Shown: positions 62,285 to 64,000 of the stretch, one piece after another
Numbering within the stretch: the stretch's first letter is position 1
Layout: the number at the start of each line of letters is the position of its first letter
From: an uncultured Clostridia bacterium
Lineage (GTDB): Bacteria > Bacillota > Clostridia > TANB77 > CAG-508
DNA: 64,000 nucleotides
Assembly (NCBI GenBank): GCA_944390525.1
Contig: CALXQH010000043.1
Coordinates: forward strand, 1,988 to 65,987
Direction of reading: 5' to 3'
Notes under the pieces: model-generated
The model's input: only the letters and a program-made list of their open reading frames with translations
What the model was told of the DNA's origin: nothing
The model's database searches: none
Position numbers and translations under genes: made by a program

Positions 62285-62442
62285 TTTTAATATTAAATAA
62301 TGGGGGATTATCTCTCATTATTTATAAATTATTTATAATAAAAAATATATTTATTCAAAATTAATTTAATCTAAAGAATTTTATCTTTTAAAATCCAAAA
62401 TAACTAAAATCAATTAAATAATTAAAAATATGGGGGATCTTT

Positions 62443-63774
62443 ATGGACTTAGAAAATTATACTATAGTTGAATTACGACAAATATTAAAAGAAAAAGGAA
62501 TAAAAAATGTTTCAAAATTAAAAAAAGAAGAAATTATAGAATTACTTTCAAACGAAGAAAAAGAAGATAGTTTGTTAGAAAATTATAATGTTAATGTAAT
62601 TGAAAATACTATTAATGAGCCAATAGATGGAACTTATAAATTAACAAATGCAGACGATGAAATTGTTGAAGGAATATTAGAAGTTTTACCAGATGGATAT
62701 GGCTTTTTAAGAGGAGAAAATTATTTATCTACACCAAAAGATGTATATATTTCTCCTGTTCAAATTAGAAGATTTAAATTAGACAAAGGAGATAAAATAA
62801 AAGGTATAGCAAGGTTGCCTAAAGAAGGAGAGAAATTTCCTGCTTTAATTTATGTTGGAGAAGTAAATGGAGATGCACCAGAAAAAGCATATAGAAGGCA
62901 AAAATTTGATGATTTAACGCCAATATATCCAGAAGAAAGAATAAGATTAGAAACGATACCAACAGAATATTCTATGAGAATAATAGACTTAATATCTCCA
63001 ATAGGAAAAGGTCAAAGAGGTATGATAGTTGCACAACCTAAAGTTGGAAAAACTACTTTATTAAAGAAAATAGCTAATAGTATAGCTATAAATAATCCTG
63101 AAATAGAATTAATAGTTCTTTTAATTGATGAACGCCCTGAAGAAGTTACAGATATGAAAAGAAGCATTAAAGGAGATGTAATTTATTCTACTTTTGATGA
63201 ACTACCAGAACACCATGTAAAAGTGGCAGAAATGGTGTTGGAAAGAGCCAAGAGACTAACAGAGCAAAAAAAGGATGTTGTTATTCTATTAGATAGTATT
63301 ACTCGTTTAGCAAGAGCATATAACTTGTCTATACCTTCTTCGGGAAGAACATTATCAGGTGGTTTAGATCCCAGTGCTTTACATAAACCTAAAAAATTTT
63401 TTGGAGCAGCAAGAAATATAGAAAATGGAGGAAGCTTAACTATTTTAGCCACTGCTTTAATAGAAACAGGTAGTAGAATGGATGATGTTATTTTTGAAGA
63501 ATTTAAAGGAACTGGAAATATGGAAGTTCATTTAGATAGAAAATTATCAGAAAAAAGGATTTTTCCTGCGATTGATATAAATAAATCAGGAACTAGAAGA
63601 GAAGAACTATTATTAGATGAAAAAGAACTAGAAACAGTATTTGCATTAAGGAAAGCAATGTCAACAATGTCTGTAGCAGATGTTACAGAAGAATTAATTA
63701 AACAAATAGTTTCTACTAAGAATAATTTAGAGTTTTTAGATAAAATGTCTTATTTCTTAAAAAATGCAAAATAG
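62443..63774 (+). CDS. rho: Transcription termination factor Rho
   Basis: 443 aa with an OB-fold N-terminal domain and a RecA-like ATPase carrying GKTTLL and the Q/R-loops. Confidence 0.9.
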   Translation: MDLENYTIVELRQILKEKGIKNVSKLKKEEIIELLSNEEKEDSLLENYNVNVIENTINEPIDGTYKLTNADDEIVEGILEVLPDGYGFLRGENYLSTPKDVYISPVQIRRFKLDKGDKIKGIARLPKEGEKFPALIYVGEVNGDAPEKAYRRQKFDDLTPIYPEERIRLETIPTEYSMRIIDLISPIGKGQRGMIVAQPKVGKTTLLKKIANSIAINNPEIELIVLLIDERPEEVTDMKRSIKGDVIYSTFDELPEHHVKVAEMVLERAKRLTEQKKDVVILLDSITRLARAYNLSIPSSGRTLSGGLDPSALHKPKKFFGAARNIENGGSLTILATALIETGSRMDDVIFEEFKGTGNMEVHLDRKLSEKRIFPAIDINKSGTRREELLLDEKELETVFALRKAMSTMSVADVTEELIKQIVSTKNNLEFLDKMSYFLKNAK

Positions 63775-63814
63775 ATATAAAAATAAATATACAGAAGAGA
63801 AAAGGATGTAAGTT

Positions 63815-64000
63815 ATGGGAATTTTTTTAATAATTTTTATAATTCTAAGTGTTTTATTAATATTAAAATTAAATACAAATGATTTTAAAGGTAAAAGTGG
63901 AGAAAAGCTTGTTGCAGAAAGATTAGATATTATAGATGGTTATAAATATATTTTAAATAATATTATGTTTAATGATAATGGAAAAAGTAGACAAATTGAT
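63815..64000 (+). CDS. NERD-domain-like protein, 5' part (continues beyond the window)
   Basis: N-terminal TM helix then GKSGEKLVAERL, which resembles the start of the NERD domain. RBS aaagga. Confidence 0.35.
   Translation, partial: MGIFLIIFIILSVLLILKLNTNDFKGKSGEKLVAERLDIIDGYKYILNNIMFNDNGKSRQID

Overview
This is an AT-rich Firmicute chromosomal segment, Clostridium-like, with almost all genes on the + strand. Most of the window is housekeeping and sporulation backbone. That backbone includes the upp 3' end, a split transketolase, ftsEX followed by two tandem M23 peptidases and ctpA, and a tRNA-Val/Asp/Phe cluster. It continues with ftsY, a UPF0182-like giant membrane protein, pgsA, ligA, a NatAB-like ABC exporter, a beta-CASP MBL nuclease, yebC, the complete spoIIIAA-AH operon, pfk, argS, glmM, metG, cmk, murD, ytvI, secA, then prfB, yabP-yabQ-divIC and rho. 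The notable part is an accessory insertion of about 11 kb between secA and prfB, which are normally adjacent. The insertion carries a hypothetical gene, nadE-nadD, a frameshifted yccF-like gene, czcD, copZ-copA, a flavin reductase, a ferritin-like protein and several unknown genes. It holds two diverged paralogs of a small gene resembling nucleoside 2-deoxyribosyltransferase (NDT-like). The second paralog heads an operon with a beta-class DNA methyltransferase and a candidate PD-(D/E)xK nuclease, and the nuclease stop codon overlaps the prfB start codon (ATGTTAG). I read this NDT-like/methyltransferase/nuclease operon as a candidate restriction-modification-like or novel DNA-modification system. 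Other oddities include an unannotated 35-codon Asn/Lys-rich micro-ORF with a strong SD, divergent from cmk. nadE has no canonical in-frame start codon, and there is a 1-nt frameshift in yccF. A 9-codon uORF appears to be translationally coupled to glmM, and a roughly 60-nt GNRA-capped hairpin sits ahead of metG. The tRNA-Asp has A:C mismatches in its acceptor stem. No CRISPR array, transposase or integrase was seen.
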